The notes under the pieces are model-generated. The model was not told the origin of the DNA and ran no database searches. It was given only the letters and a program-made list of their open reading frames with translations. A stretch of 52,614 nucleotides of DNA, filler included, from Asterionella formosa (taxonomy: Eukaryota): assembly GCA_002256025.1 (NCBI GenBank). It is 4 parts of 4 records of this genome, joined end to end, with 100 filler letters (N's around TTAATTAATTAA, not from the genome) between each part and the next. Parts side by side here need not be neighbours in the genome. Positions count along the whole stretch, not along the records: positions 26,387 to 39,451 come from NKIB01006985.1; positions 39,552 to 52,614 come from NKIB01006986.1; 2 more parts are not named here. The stretch is one strand, 5' to 3'. The translations under genes were made by a program, and so were the position numbers. Shown piece after piece: positions 39,045 to 49,286 of the stretch (its first letter is position 1; every line of letters begins with the position of its first letter).

Positions 39045-39451
39045 GGGCGCGCTCTGATAATAAAAATTATTATATCATGTGAGTATTATAACACAAATTA
39101 TTCTGGTGATCTGCTACATAATATCGTCCTTGCGCTCTGATAATAGAGATATTTTAGATTACTTCTCTGACATTATATATATTTTTAACTTTAATTTTCA
39201 ACAGTTACATTTTCATATCGATGCATCCTCTTGTATGCTATGCCACCTCTTGTTCATTATATGCATGAGTTCTATATATTCATCATCATCGGTCACTGAC
39301 CATGTCGACTTTCATCCCATCTCCTGATGATGATGACATTATGATCACATTGCTACTGTTAGCAATGTGCTATCCACCAGTTAATAGGATGCCATCGTTC
39401 AGGGAAAGTTTGACTGTTGATGAGGTCAGAAGAAGAAGTGGCAAAATCCGT
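39045..39451 (+). mobile_element. Left end of a PIF/Harbinger-like DNA transposon nested in the copia 3' LTR, truncated by the contig end
   Basis: Abrupt start GGGCGCGCTCTGATAA, with GCGCTCTGATAATA repeated at ~39132. The ORF from 39302 (SFRESLTVDEVRRRSGKIR) resembles the N-termini of diatom DDE_Tnp_4 transposases. Confidence 0.55.
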
Positions 39452-39551
39452 NNNNNNNNNNNNNNNNNNNNNNNNNNNNNNNNNNNNNNNNNNNNTTAAT
39501 TAATTAANNNNNNNNNNNNNNNNNNNNNNNNNNNNNNNNNNNNNNNNNNNN
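39452..39551. other. Artificial contig linker
   Basis: N44-TTAATTAATTAA-N44. Confidence 0.98.
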
Positions 39552-40741
39552 ATCTCCACGAAAATAGAGAACGACGCTTTGCTACTTGCTACCTGTATTA
39601 AGAATAACATGGAAAATACAATCGTAAAAGAAGTAAAGTAATAACACTAATAATGACAACGAAAATTGAGATCGCCGATAACAACATGAAGTCGCGTTTT
39701 TCTTGCGAGGTGAAGAACTCTCTCATTTTTCACAAGACGGAAATAATTGTCATATTAATACATCTTAGAAAAATGTGCGCTATCCTGTACAACTAAAGAA
39801 ATTTACTTAGGTCCATTATAAGGGAAATCTCTTCATTGTCCTGGGCCCCCCTTAAGTAAAATCAGTCAAATTCAGTCACGGCAGTGTACATTGGGGGGTC
39901 CAGGACAATGAAGTATACGGTAGTCGCACGGTATGGTACCAGTTTTACCCTGGTACAATTGCAAGTACCGGTAGTCCGGTACCAGGTACCTGGTACCGGT
40001 AATAATATACATACAGCAAGGCAGAATGACGCAAGAGGGAATTTACATACCAAGAAGATTGAGTTCGCAACATTGTTGCTTTTTTCAAACGACCACCATG
40101 CATGTACCATGTGGAATTTCAGGATATTTGAATAATTTAGCTTTGTTTTCTCAATAGTAGAATCCCCCGAAACCCTGGCTACCCGGTGCCATGGTACCAG
40201 GTATCTGGTAACGCTGGTCATAGTGAAGGGCAGAATGTGTCTGTTAGGCTGTTGATATCGATAGGTGTCCGAAGACTAGATGTAGTCTGAGGAATATCAA
40301 AATGGAAATCGACAGTGTGCGTACCGGTATGTAGATGATGATAGGCAGTAGCAGAAAGGAGGCGCGCGAGAAAGATGTTGACCGGTCATTCCAGGGCAGT
40401 ACTGGAGCGCGCTACCGTCGGAAGAAGTGCCACAAATTTCAACGAAGGAGGAGCGATGGCTGTTCACACACCCGGTAGGGGTTGCACTCCCCAAGTGCAA
40501 AGCAAAACGTTCTCCAGTTCAGTAATTTTACTAAACAAGGAGAACAAATAATAAAATAAATGGGAGGAGTGCCCTCTACCAACGAAGAACACTAAGCAAA
40601 CGATCCGCAACAAGTCTGCTAAGGTACGAATCGAAAAGCTTATCCTCGAACAAGCAAAATAAGTAACAGTGATGACTGAGAAATAGATTCTCCAATAGTG
40701 CCTTTTTGGCTTGAAAAGACGATTGCATATAATGCATGCTA

Positions 40742-41386
40742 TTACCGCCCAGGAAGGCGGATATCAATCACAGACTCTCGTAACTTTCTCGGGTCAAATT
40801 TCTGCATAACAACATCTCGGTACGAAGAATCATACAGTTCTTCGTTTACTGTAGATGATCCCTTGCCTGCACCACTAGCACCAGTACCCACCCCATCGAC
40901 GACAGCTTCAGCATAAGCCTTGACGAACTCATACTTTTCGAAGAAGGACTTAGTCGAGATGCCCATGCCTTGTAATTTCTTCTTCAATTCGCCCACCTTC
41001 AATTCATTCGCTTTGTTTATTTCTTCCTTGATTCGTTCCTCTCGCGAATTGCTGCTGCTGCTGCTGCTACCATCTCCGGCGCTCGACGAGGTACTCTTGG
41101 CGGAGGTGCTGGACTTGGGAGTCTTGCCCTCCTTTCTGGCTTGTTGAAGAGCCGCCACCATGTCCTTTTTTTCCAAAAAGGACTTTGTGGGAATTCCATA
41201 CGACTCTAGCTCAGATCGGATGTCTGCGGTCCTCATCTCATCAATCTCTGGTAATGCAGCCATTAGTAGTCTCGAGGACGCGAGCAAGACGGCAGGTCTC
41301 GGATTCATAACGAATCCATTGCTAAGTGTCATCAGGAGAGCAACAAACAAAAGGAGGGAAGCGCATAATGGTCGGAGGACTGGCAT
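40742..41386 (-). CDS. Probable plastid-targeted protein with two HeH/SAP(LEM)-like repeats, 214 aa
   Basis: A hydrophobic signal peptide ends LSNG|F (diatom ASAFAP-type motif) and is followed by a short Ser/Arg transit region. The repeats EMRTADIRSELESYGIPTKSFLEKKDMV and ELKVGELKKKLQGMGISTKSFFEKYEFV are separated by a Ser-rich linker. Confidence 0.85.
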   Translation of the reverse strand: MPVLRPLCASLLLFVALLMTLSNGFVMNPRPAVLLASSRLLMAALPEIDEMRTADIRSELESYGIPTKSFLEKKDMVAALQQARKEGKTPKSSTSAKSTSSSAGDGSSSSSSNSREERIKEEINKANELKVGELKKKLQGMGISTKSFFEKYEFVKAYAEAVVDGVGTGASGAGKGSSTVNEELYDSSYRDVVMQKFDPRKLRESVIDIRLPGR

Positions 41387-42535
41387 GGTTATAATTGTAG
41401 ATTCAGTGATGGTTCGGGGATCGTAAACGTATTAAACGAGGCAATAAGTATGCCTTCTCGTCGTCTTTGAGTGCGGGTGTCTTGTAATGAATGCGATTAA
41501 TGTCGCTCCGTACGATTGTTTCAAATATGAATGAGTTAATTTGGGAGTCGATTCGTTCTCGAATTTTTGCCCCTTGCCAGTTGTTTGGCTACCGTATACA
41601 TGGCTGCTGTTGTCCTTACTTGTCCCTGAACACACACACATCACTGCATACTACCAGGTACCAGGTACCAGGTACCGGTACCAGGTAGCTATGATTTGTA
41701 TTTCTGCTCATGTGTACCCAGGTACTACTGGTACTTGGTAATAGGTTGATATCTCAAGCATGCATCATAGCACCACAAATATTCTTGTACTCCAGTACCA
41801 CCTGGTGGTACCAGGTACTACATACCAGGCAAGGTGGTCCACCGTTCCTGTGGTACCTGGTACCAGTATCAAGTAGGGTACCAGTACAGCCTGGTTGCTG
41901 GTACCTGGTACTACCGGTATGTGGAAGTTATGTAATGGATGCTGGTGTGGCAAATGACTGACGTTTGCATACATGGGTTTTTCGTTGAAAGTAGGTACCT
42001 GGTACCAGGTACCTGGTACTTCATACGATGGCACCAGGCGGTACGTACGGCGTACTTTTTCACCGCAAGCAAACTACCGGGTAACGACAACAACACGAGC
42101 CAAGCAAGGGAGAAATTCCTTTTAAGCAATAACGCACAGGTATATACCGGTAAAAAGTTTCAGGAGAGGGGGTATCTGGTACTGTACATACCTTCTTGTC
42201 TACCTTTGCTTTCGCCGTTCGTTTTGACGTGGCGCCAATTCAACAAGGTGCAGCAAATCACGGTTTGAAGTAAAAAGAAAGTATACCTACGTTCTAATTT
42301 TTATTTTGCATGGTGCCGTAGGACGTACATACCGGTACATTTTATAAATACACTAAATTAATCATCTAGACATAGGAATATAACATGATTACCGGCACTC
42401 TATATATTACACAGCATATATGTTCTCTACTATGGTTTAATGCAAAATAGTAAGAAGAAATAAATTAGAAGCGCAAGCCGCGAAACTATATACCATGGTA
42501 GGAAAGAAAGTTTTTGCCGGACTCTCCTGTATCTT

Positions 42536-42747
42536 GATTGCTGAAGGTAAGACATAACCGAGGGTGGAGACTGCCTGGTGAGAGTATTCTTGTGTTCGAG
42601 GCTTGGGAGGCGGTGAGTAGGTTAACCAAACGAGTAGCGCCGTGGACGCCACTTGTTCAGTCAATCTGCGATGGCCTCCCAAGCCAAGTACACAAGATTA
42701 TGAGTAGGCAGACTCCTCCCGAGTAGGGTCTTACCTAGTAGGCAATT
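42536..42747 (+). ncRNA. Candidate rod-like structured RNA, copy 1
   Basis: Eight nested helices: GATTGCT/GGCAATT, AGGTAAGAC/GTCTTACCT, GGGTGGAG/CTCCTCCC, CTGCCT/AGGCAG, TCTTGTGT/ACACAAGA, GGCTTGGGAGGC/GCCTCCCAAGCC, GTAGGTTAAC/GTCAATCTGC and ACGAGTAGCG/CGCCACTTGT. The helices covary with copy 2. Confidence 0.6.
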
Positions 42748-42942
42748 CACAAACTAGCTAATGCTGCTCTTTTTGCTTGTTACAATCATTCTTGTGTGAC
42801 TATTTTTCATGCATATACTGGTAGTACCGGTATACTGGGTATGCGGCCGTCCATGCATTTTTGATGTGTCTAAACTTTTTCCCATGAAAATTCTACTCCT
42901 GACGTTACTGCTCGATGGTCTCTGCTGCTCAAACCTAAAATT

Positions 42943-43148
42943 GACTGCTGAAGGCAGTACACGCCCGAGGTGGTCTCATGCCTGCGAGTATACATGTGTT
43001 CGAGGCTTGGTGGCGCAAGAAGGTTGACCATACGAGTGGCGCCCCCGGCGCTGCGAGAAGGTCACCCTATGAGTGCCATCCCAGCCAAGTACACATGTGT
43101 ACGACGAGAAGGCATGTAGCCACCGAGAAGGGTATTGCTGAGGCAATT
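42943..43148 (+). ncRNA. Candidate rod-like structured RNA, copy 2
   Basis: Corresponding helices: GACTGCT/GGCAATT, GGCAGTAC/GTATTGCT, GGTGGT/GCCACC, CATGCCT/AGGCATG, GTATACATGTGT/ACACATGTGTAC, GGCTTGGTGGCGC/GTGCCATCCCAGCC, AGGTTGACC/GGTCACCCT and GTGGCGCC/GGCGCTGC. It shares the 3' tail CACAAACTAGCTA. Confidence 0.6.
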
Positions 43149-44959
43149 CACAAACTAGCTATTGTCGCGCCATTCGCTTACCTACTGCCCACTCATCGAA
43201 TGTAAATGTCAATTTTAGCTCACTATAGCCCATCATATAAAATATATTTCGTATATTTCCTATCTTCACATCGAAATTTGCAATGGGTCCGATATTGCGC
43301 ATCATTAAAATATATTTTGTATATTTCCTATCTTTGAATTTTGGCATTACAATTTGTAGCAATTGCCCCTCGGTTGTCCAGCCCTGGGATTGCCGAAATT
43401 GGCAAGGGGTCTACTTAAGGAAACCATTTAATTTACTCTACAGATTTTTATAATTTATATCTAGAATTCACCTCGTTTTTGTTCGTCTCCTGAAAAGTGG
43501 ACTCCGGCAATTCACCTTTCACCATGCCGATCGTCGTCCATCATTACCGGTTTGAAGCGAAATCAGTTCAGAGATGACGCCAGTAGCTATTCCTTGTCTA
43601 ACGGATGCGGTTGGTTGTTGGATTGCTTGTCTTCTCGAGGGATTCATGTAGTCGCATCGTCCATATTTCGTCGGACGAACAATGAAATCGATACATCTGA
43701 TGTTGGTGGCAAGTTTTTGCTCCGGTCATGCATGTGATGATGCTTAACGGATATTCTACCGGTAGTCAGCATCTAGTCTACATACGTACGTGGTACTGAC
43801 AACAACCATGCATGGTTTAAGCTAAACTTTAATGCTTACTTTGAGCACGTTATAATTTTATCGCGGTAGACTCGGTATTATCTTTACGAGACCAGAATGT
43901 TAAATTGTATCGTTCACATATTGATTCTTGATTTTATGTACCGAATGCCCGATTTCGTCCTCACAATTATAATTCTCACTCTCTCCTGCCTGCCGTTGCT
44001 CAATTTGGGCTTGCAACAGGAACTTTCGACTTTCTTACGAGCCCATCATCTGCTGTGTGTTACGCTTGTTAGAGCGGATCGGTGAGTACAACAGTGAACA
44101 CTGAATGTGATCGTAGATACAAAATTGTCGAAGTTCCGGCCCGATTTGATTGCTTCCATGGTCCGTTTTGATCCCTTCCATCGTGGTTTGTCGTTCCACC
44201 CTGTCGTTTTGTTTCGATTTTATCTATCTACATAAGAGCCAATGTGTTTATCGATAACTACTCTTTGACGACATACTGTTGTTGATCGTATTTGTTGATG
44301 TGTATAGTTGTTTACCATGATGTCAATATTGCCGTCAAGCAATGCTTTTCTTGTACTAAGGCACTTTGCTACATTTATACTACGAGTTTGTATCACAAGC
44401 TACATAAAAAATCAGCTAGAGAGAGCCAATAGTGCTGGTGCAGCGTGGCGATCACGCTTGCTCGGAATGGAATGATCAGGGTTGCTTGTTTGGTGGCCGG
44501 AGGAATGATGACTGTGGCGAAAATACTGCTTCTGGTGTCAGGCTACTACAGCGATGCGCATGGTTGCAGCAACCAGACCATTTACGCTACATAACGATGC
44601 AGGTCTTTCTTCTTTCGGTCTTCGATTGTGTGGTGATGGAAAGTCAAGCAATGGTCTGTTGCCTGTGTAAGTACTACAATGATTCACAATGCATGCGTCT
44701 CCATTGAAACTCCTATTTTTTACTTCATTTCTAACCCAAAACAATTTTTTCTATTTCTTATTTGATGCAACTTATTACATCGCATGATTTCATAGTTTGG
44801 TTGCTCCAAACATCATGTTCAAATTTCGTTGATGTTGCATCTTGTTACAATCATTCTCGTGTGTTTTACGCTTGTTGTACCATCTCCATGCATATTACCG
44901 TTATTCTGGTTGTCATGCTTAAAAATCGGCAATTTTACTGCCGAAAAATTCGATGTGCC

Positions 44960-45126
44960 CTATATTGCCCCAAAATAAAAATTACTTAAAGCCTAAAAAT
45001 TACTTAGAAGTTGTACCCGAATGGCAAGACGATAGCTGGAGCGGGAATTGCCGAAAGAAACTCCACTGTACCTCATATTGCCCCTAAATACAAAAATTAC
45101 TTAAAAAAACCAAAAATTACTTAGAC
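44960..45126. repeat. Duplicated AT-rich module upstream of eIF3b
   Basis: ATATTGCCCC.AAATA..AAAATTACTTAAA...AAAAATTACTTAGA occurs at ~44962 and ~45075. Confidence 0.75.
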
Positions 45127-45424
45127 ACCCACAGTTCTCATCGAAAAGCAAGACTATAGCTAGAGGGTGGGGATTGCTGCGCCATAATCAACCCATTCAG
45201 TACGTAGCCAACTCCTGCGACCATCAAACATTCGCCACCACACATAATCCAGACAAGGGCTACGTGAAGGTTCATACCCGGTTCTCCTACCTTCCAGTAG
45301 TACACAGTCACTCTGTCCATCAGATCGGCTCCATTGCAAAGGAAAGCTAAGGCTTCGTTCGCTCGACTTTCGATTGATTCATAGCGTCGACTGAACTGTT
45401 GAACTCGAACGCGTAGAATATAAC

Positions 45425-47560
45425 ATGGCCCCAATTATAGACCTGGAAGCCGAAGCCGCTGAGCTGGACGGCTACTTTTCGGACACTCCGTTGGAGCCCA
45501 AGCCCAACTATCCGAAGCTTCACGATACATTCGAGAATGCTGTCGTTATTACCAACCTCCCAAAAGTTTCAGACCTCAAAAAAGAGAAGCTGGAGAAGGT
45601 CATCATGAAGCTTCTGTCAAGAATTGGCAATCTGGCTGCAAATCCGGACACTGGCTTTAGTGGAATGCAAATGCCGGTTAGCAAGGAAACGGGAGGTACC
45701 ATGGGCTTTTGTTTTGTCGAGTACGAGACACCGGAAGAGGCCAAGAATGCAGTTGATGTCTTGCAAAATTACAAGTTTGACAAGAATCATTCTTTGGCAG
45801 TTATGCCCTTTGCCAGAGCGCAATATTTGGACTCTGTCCAGGCGAAGGAGTTCCAGCAGCCAGAGCCTGCTCCCTTCGTTGAGAAACCGAACTCGACAGA
45901 ATGGCTCGCTGATTCCAACCAGAGGGATGAATTTGTCACTAGGTTTGGTAAAGAGACGGTGGTGCACTGGTCAGATGGAAAGAATCCTCCTGTCGTGGAC
46001 TACGATGGATCGCGCGAGAAGGAAGCAGGTGTTGCCTGGTGTGAGTACTACTGCCATTGGAGTCCCAATGGAAGCTACTTGGCGACCTTGGTTCCAAGCA
46101 AGGGTGTCATTTTGTGGAGTGGTGCAAAGTATGACAAGACTGGCAGGTTCCCCGCCCCTGGAGTCGAGTTTATCATCTTTAGTCCTCAAGAGAATTACCT
46201 CTTGACCAGCAATAACCGTCGTGACGACCCCAATGCAATCAAGGTTTTTTCCATTCAAACTGGCAAGCTGTTGCGTGCGTTCCCCCTATATCCCCAGGAC
46301 TTTCAGCACGACAATGGGAACATTGCCCCTCCACCGTTTCAATGGTCACATGACGATGCCTATCTCGCGCGTATGGGCGACGGGCTCATTTCAGTATTTG
46401 AAACGCCTTCTATGAAGTTGCTTGACCGAAAATCACTCTTGACAGACGGTATTCACGAATTCCAATGGTCTCCCAAGGCGAATGTCTTGGCGTATTGGGC
46501 TCCAGAAGTAAAGAATTCTCCTGCACACGTGGATCTCATTGAGATTCCATCCCGTGCGAAAATCCGTCAGAAGAATCTTTTCAATGTTAGCAAGTGTAGT
46601 ATGGTCTGGCAAAATGAGGGAGAATACCTTGGAGTGAAAGTGACTCGTCACACCAAGTCCAAAAAGACAATGTATAACAATATTGAACTCTTCCGGCTCA
46701 ATGAGCCTGGGGTTCCCGTCGAGATGTTGGAAATAAAGGATGCAGTGATGGCCCTAGCTTGGGAACCTCGTGGGTCTCGATTTGCCATTATTCATGCCGA
46801 AAATCCATCTTCTACAAAGGTTGATGTTTCTTTTTACGACATGAAGAAAAAGGTTGAGGGCAGTACCAAGAAGGGGCAAAAGGGTGCTGCACCGAAAGAA
46901 ATCATTTCGGAGTTCAACAAAGTCCAAACTTTGGAAGGCAAGCAGTGCAATTGCATCTTTTGGAGTCCTGCTGGTTCTACCATCATTCTGGCATCGTTGG
47001 GAGAATCATCTTCGGGTACTTTGGAGTTTTATGATGTCGATACAGAGTGCCTTGTCATCAAGGAACATTACCGCTCTAATCAAGTCGTTTGGGATCCATC
47101 TGGTCGTACAGTAGCAACCTTAGTATCCCAGCCAATTGGTGGAGGACACTTTAAGTTTGCCATGGACAACGGTTACATTCTCTGGTCATTCCAAGGAAAG
47201 CAGCTCTACCAGCAGTCCTTCGAGGCGTTTTACCAGCTCAGTTGGCGTCCACGCGAAAACCTCCTTGCAAAATCAGAAATAGACAAAGTGAGAAAGAACC
47301 TCAAGAAGTACGAGCAGCAATTCGATATGCAGGATAAGGAACGTCAACGAGCTCTCAAGTTGGAAGAGACGAAAGGCAAGCGCGCTCAACGGCAGCGATA
47401 CCGAGACATGATGGGCCGTCTCCGAGCCATCCGTCACCGTCAAAAGGAAGATCGCAAGGCGCTTTACAATGGATACGACTCTGACGATGAGAGCAATTAC
47501 ATTACCACGGCTATTACTGTGGAGACTGTTGTGAGCACCAAGGAGGAGATTATTTCATAA
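45425..47560 (+). CDS. EIF3B: Eukaryotic translation initiation factor 3 subunit B (eIF3b/PRT1), 711 aa, intronless
   Basis: N-terminal RRM (VVITNLPKV, GFCFVEY, YKFDKNH), WD40-like propeller (WSPNGSYLAT, FSPQENYL, WEPRGSRFA, WDPSGR, DNGYILWSFQG) and C-terminal WRPR...KNLKKY helix. Confidence 0.98.
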   Translation: MAPIIDLEAEAAELDGYFSDTPLEPKPNYPKLHDTFENAVVITNLPKVSDLKKEKLEKVIMKLLSRIGNLAANPDTGFSGMQMPVSKETGGTMGFCFVEYETPEEAKNAVDVLQNYKFDKNHSLAVMPFARAQYLDSVQAKEFQQPEPAPFVEKPNSTEWLADSNQRDEFVTRFGKETVVHWSDGKNPPVVDYDGSREKEAGVAWCEYYCHWSPNGSYLATLVPSKGVILWSGAKYDKTGRFPAPGVEFIIFSPQENYLLTSNNRRDDPNAIKVFSIQTGKLLRAFPLYPQDFQHDNGNIAPPPFQWSHDDAYLARMGDGLISVFETPSMKLLDRKSLLTDGIHEFQWSPKANVLAYWAPEVKNSPAHVDLIEIPSRAKIRQKNLFNVSKCSMVWQNEGEYLGVKVTRHTKSKKTMYNNIELFRLNEPGVPVEMLEIKDAVMALAWEPRGSRFAIIHAENPSSTKVDVSFYDMKKKVEGSTKKGQKGAAPKEIISEFNKVQTLEGKQCNCIFWSPAGSTIILASLGESSSGTLEFYDVDTECLVIKEHYRSNQVVWDPSGRTVATLVSQPIGGGHFKFAMDNGYILWSFQGKQLYQQSFEAFYQLSWRPRENLLAKSEIDKVRKNLKKYEQQFDMQDKERQRALKLEETKGKRAQRQRYRDMMGRLRAIRHRQKEDRKALYNGYDSDDESNYITTAITVETVVSTKEEIIS

Positions 47561-47850
47561 GGGTCCATACATGTAAAGCAGTACTCAGACAGAGCATAAG
47601 GAATTGATACCGATCTGTGTTTGCTTCTAGGTAGATAATTGTATGTGCTTAGAAAGGCATTGTCGTTTTGAGAATGACGTGAGAACGTGAAACGAAGGAC
47701 AGAAGATTTTACTTCACCCACCTTCGCTGTATGATGTACTTCCCTTATCTAATTCTAAACACAGTGGTTGCTGGCAAGTAGAATGTATTTTATGACAGTA
47801 AAAAGGTTTTAGTTTGTATTTCAGTTTAATCATTCTCTATAATGTATTGC

Positions 47851-49286
47851 CTACTTGATATCAGCCTTGCGGTTTCTTTCACTGTTCTGGTTTTTTGGAA
47901 CATTACGACTTCGTAGACCCCGAGCAATAGCAGGCTTACGTGTAGGCGATTTTGTGGGAGCCTTGGTTGGAAGTACAATCGTGCGTTTCACACCGTAAAA
48001 GCCTGCATTCAATCTTCGCTCAATGGCAAATCCGCACCCCCTTTTTCCGTTCGAGTCTCTTCTGTTTTCCACCAAATAGTCATCGATGAGTTGTGCACGT
48101 GTGGCATTTGCTGCGTTGATCTTTTTCCAATACGAGTTCAAATCATTGTTAGTAGTGGCCTGGCAGGCCTGGAACGTTACCGCGATGTTCGTGACAGATG
48201 TGGAGAAAACTCCGTTGGTAACGACGAAGGTATAAGTCTCGTCCACGTTTGTTTGTGTGCAGTCAGCTCTGGTGACAAGAGGCATTTGATCGATGCAGCC
48301 ACACATGGGTGCTCCAGCGAGGTTCTTGGAATAACCACGGGAGTAAAGATGGTCGAACATTGAGACAAAGTATAAGCTGTTTCCGAGATAGCGAGAGGAG
48401 GAATCAGTTTTTTTGTTTGACCAAGCAAAGCCGTGGCAATGAGAATCACCTTCTCGACCCCCTGGAGATTGCGCATCAAAGAATGCCAGGCCGTTGTTCA
48501 TCTTATGAGAGGTTGGAGCGAGGCCGAGGTCAATGTAGCCTGTTGTTATAATTAATTGGGTAAACGAGAGAGCATGGTGTGAGCAACGACCGTGACATTG
48601 ATCGTCAAAGTTTGAGTTTTACTAGACTTACAAACATCAGTGTTGTCACCTGGATTTTTATTCGTGCAGTTGGCTGCGTAAGTGTTATCCGCGCATCCAC
48701 CGTTGTTGTCATTTGCTTGGCGATCCTGTACCCAGCAGCACATGGCAGCTTCGATTGCGCAGCTCTTAAAGTTCTGGATTTCCTCCGGGAAAGTAACGAT
48801 GGTCGAGGACGCAGTATCTCTAAAGGATCCGATGAAGGCTCCTTCGGTTTTACCTCGAAGGCCTTCATCGTCGTCTACGTGCTCGTTTAAGAAAGTATCT
48901 CCGTCGTAGAAGCGCTTGTACCAGGCGGGGGAAGTTGCTGCAGGATTGATTTTGTAGAAGTCTGAACTCTTGTTGTCACGTGCAGTTGCCCTGGCGGGGT
49001 TGCAGACCTTGGTTTGAAAATCCCCGGTAACGCTGGTAATGGTACCGAGAAGTGCAGCAAGGACAGCGTCAGAAGTGCTGCTGGCACAGTAAGGGCTAGT
49101 GGTAGCGGCAGTGAGAGCAGTTGTGAGAGCCGCTTTGAACGAGACCTCCTCACATCCCGATGTCGTAATAGGGGGTAAAGCATTCAAGCAATCTGTGATA
49201 CTGAGCTGACTAGTGGTTGCCACAGCAGCGCCGGACGTGGAGATGAGATCAAGGAGGAGTACTAGGGCGACTGTGATGGCGAGCAT
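47851..49286 (-). CDS. Secreted Cys-rich uncharacterised protein; two exons (49286-48632, 48539-47851), 447 aa
   Basis: Signal peptide MLAITVALVLLLDLISTSGA. Splicing a 92-nt GTAAGT...CAACAG intron (48631-48540) restores NTDVC|YID, identical to the paralog. Motifs include AAMCCW, HCHGF, GAPMCGC and ADC. Confidence 0.9.

Noticed and set aside
41432..42268. ORFs rich in VPGT/YQV/WY peptides (also at 18384-18784, 24811-25035, 39862-40221 and 49778-50050)
   Set aside because: They are translations of the GGTACC/CCAGGTA iterated motif, not proteins.
42536..43148. SRP RNA, U3, H/ACA snoRNA, SECIS or hammerhead ribozyme identity for the rod-like elements
   Set aside because: There is no branched S-domain or helix-8 motif, no U3 boxes, and no CUGAnGA/GAAA core. 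The 3' ACA lies at inconsistent distances from the nearest loop (12 vs 10 nt), and no selenoprotein CDS lies upstream.
44500..44600. C/D box snoRNA (ATGATGA at ~44504)
   Set aside because: No downstream CTGA box D with a terminal stem.
45520..47114. Short alternative-frame and antisense ORFs within eIF3b (likewise within the DUF6824 and Cys-rich genes)
   Set aside because: They are shadow ORFs of GC-richer coding sequence with no independent features.
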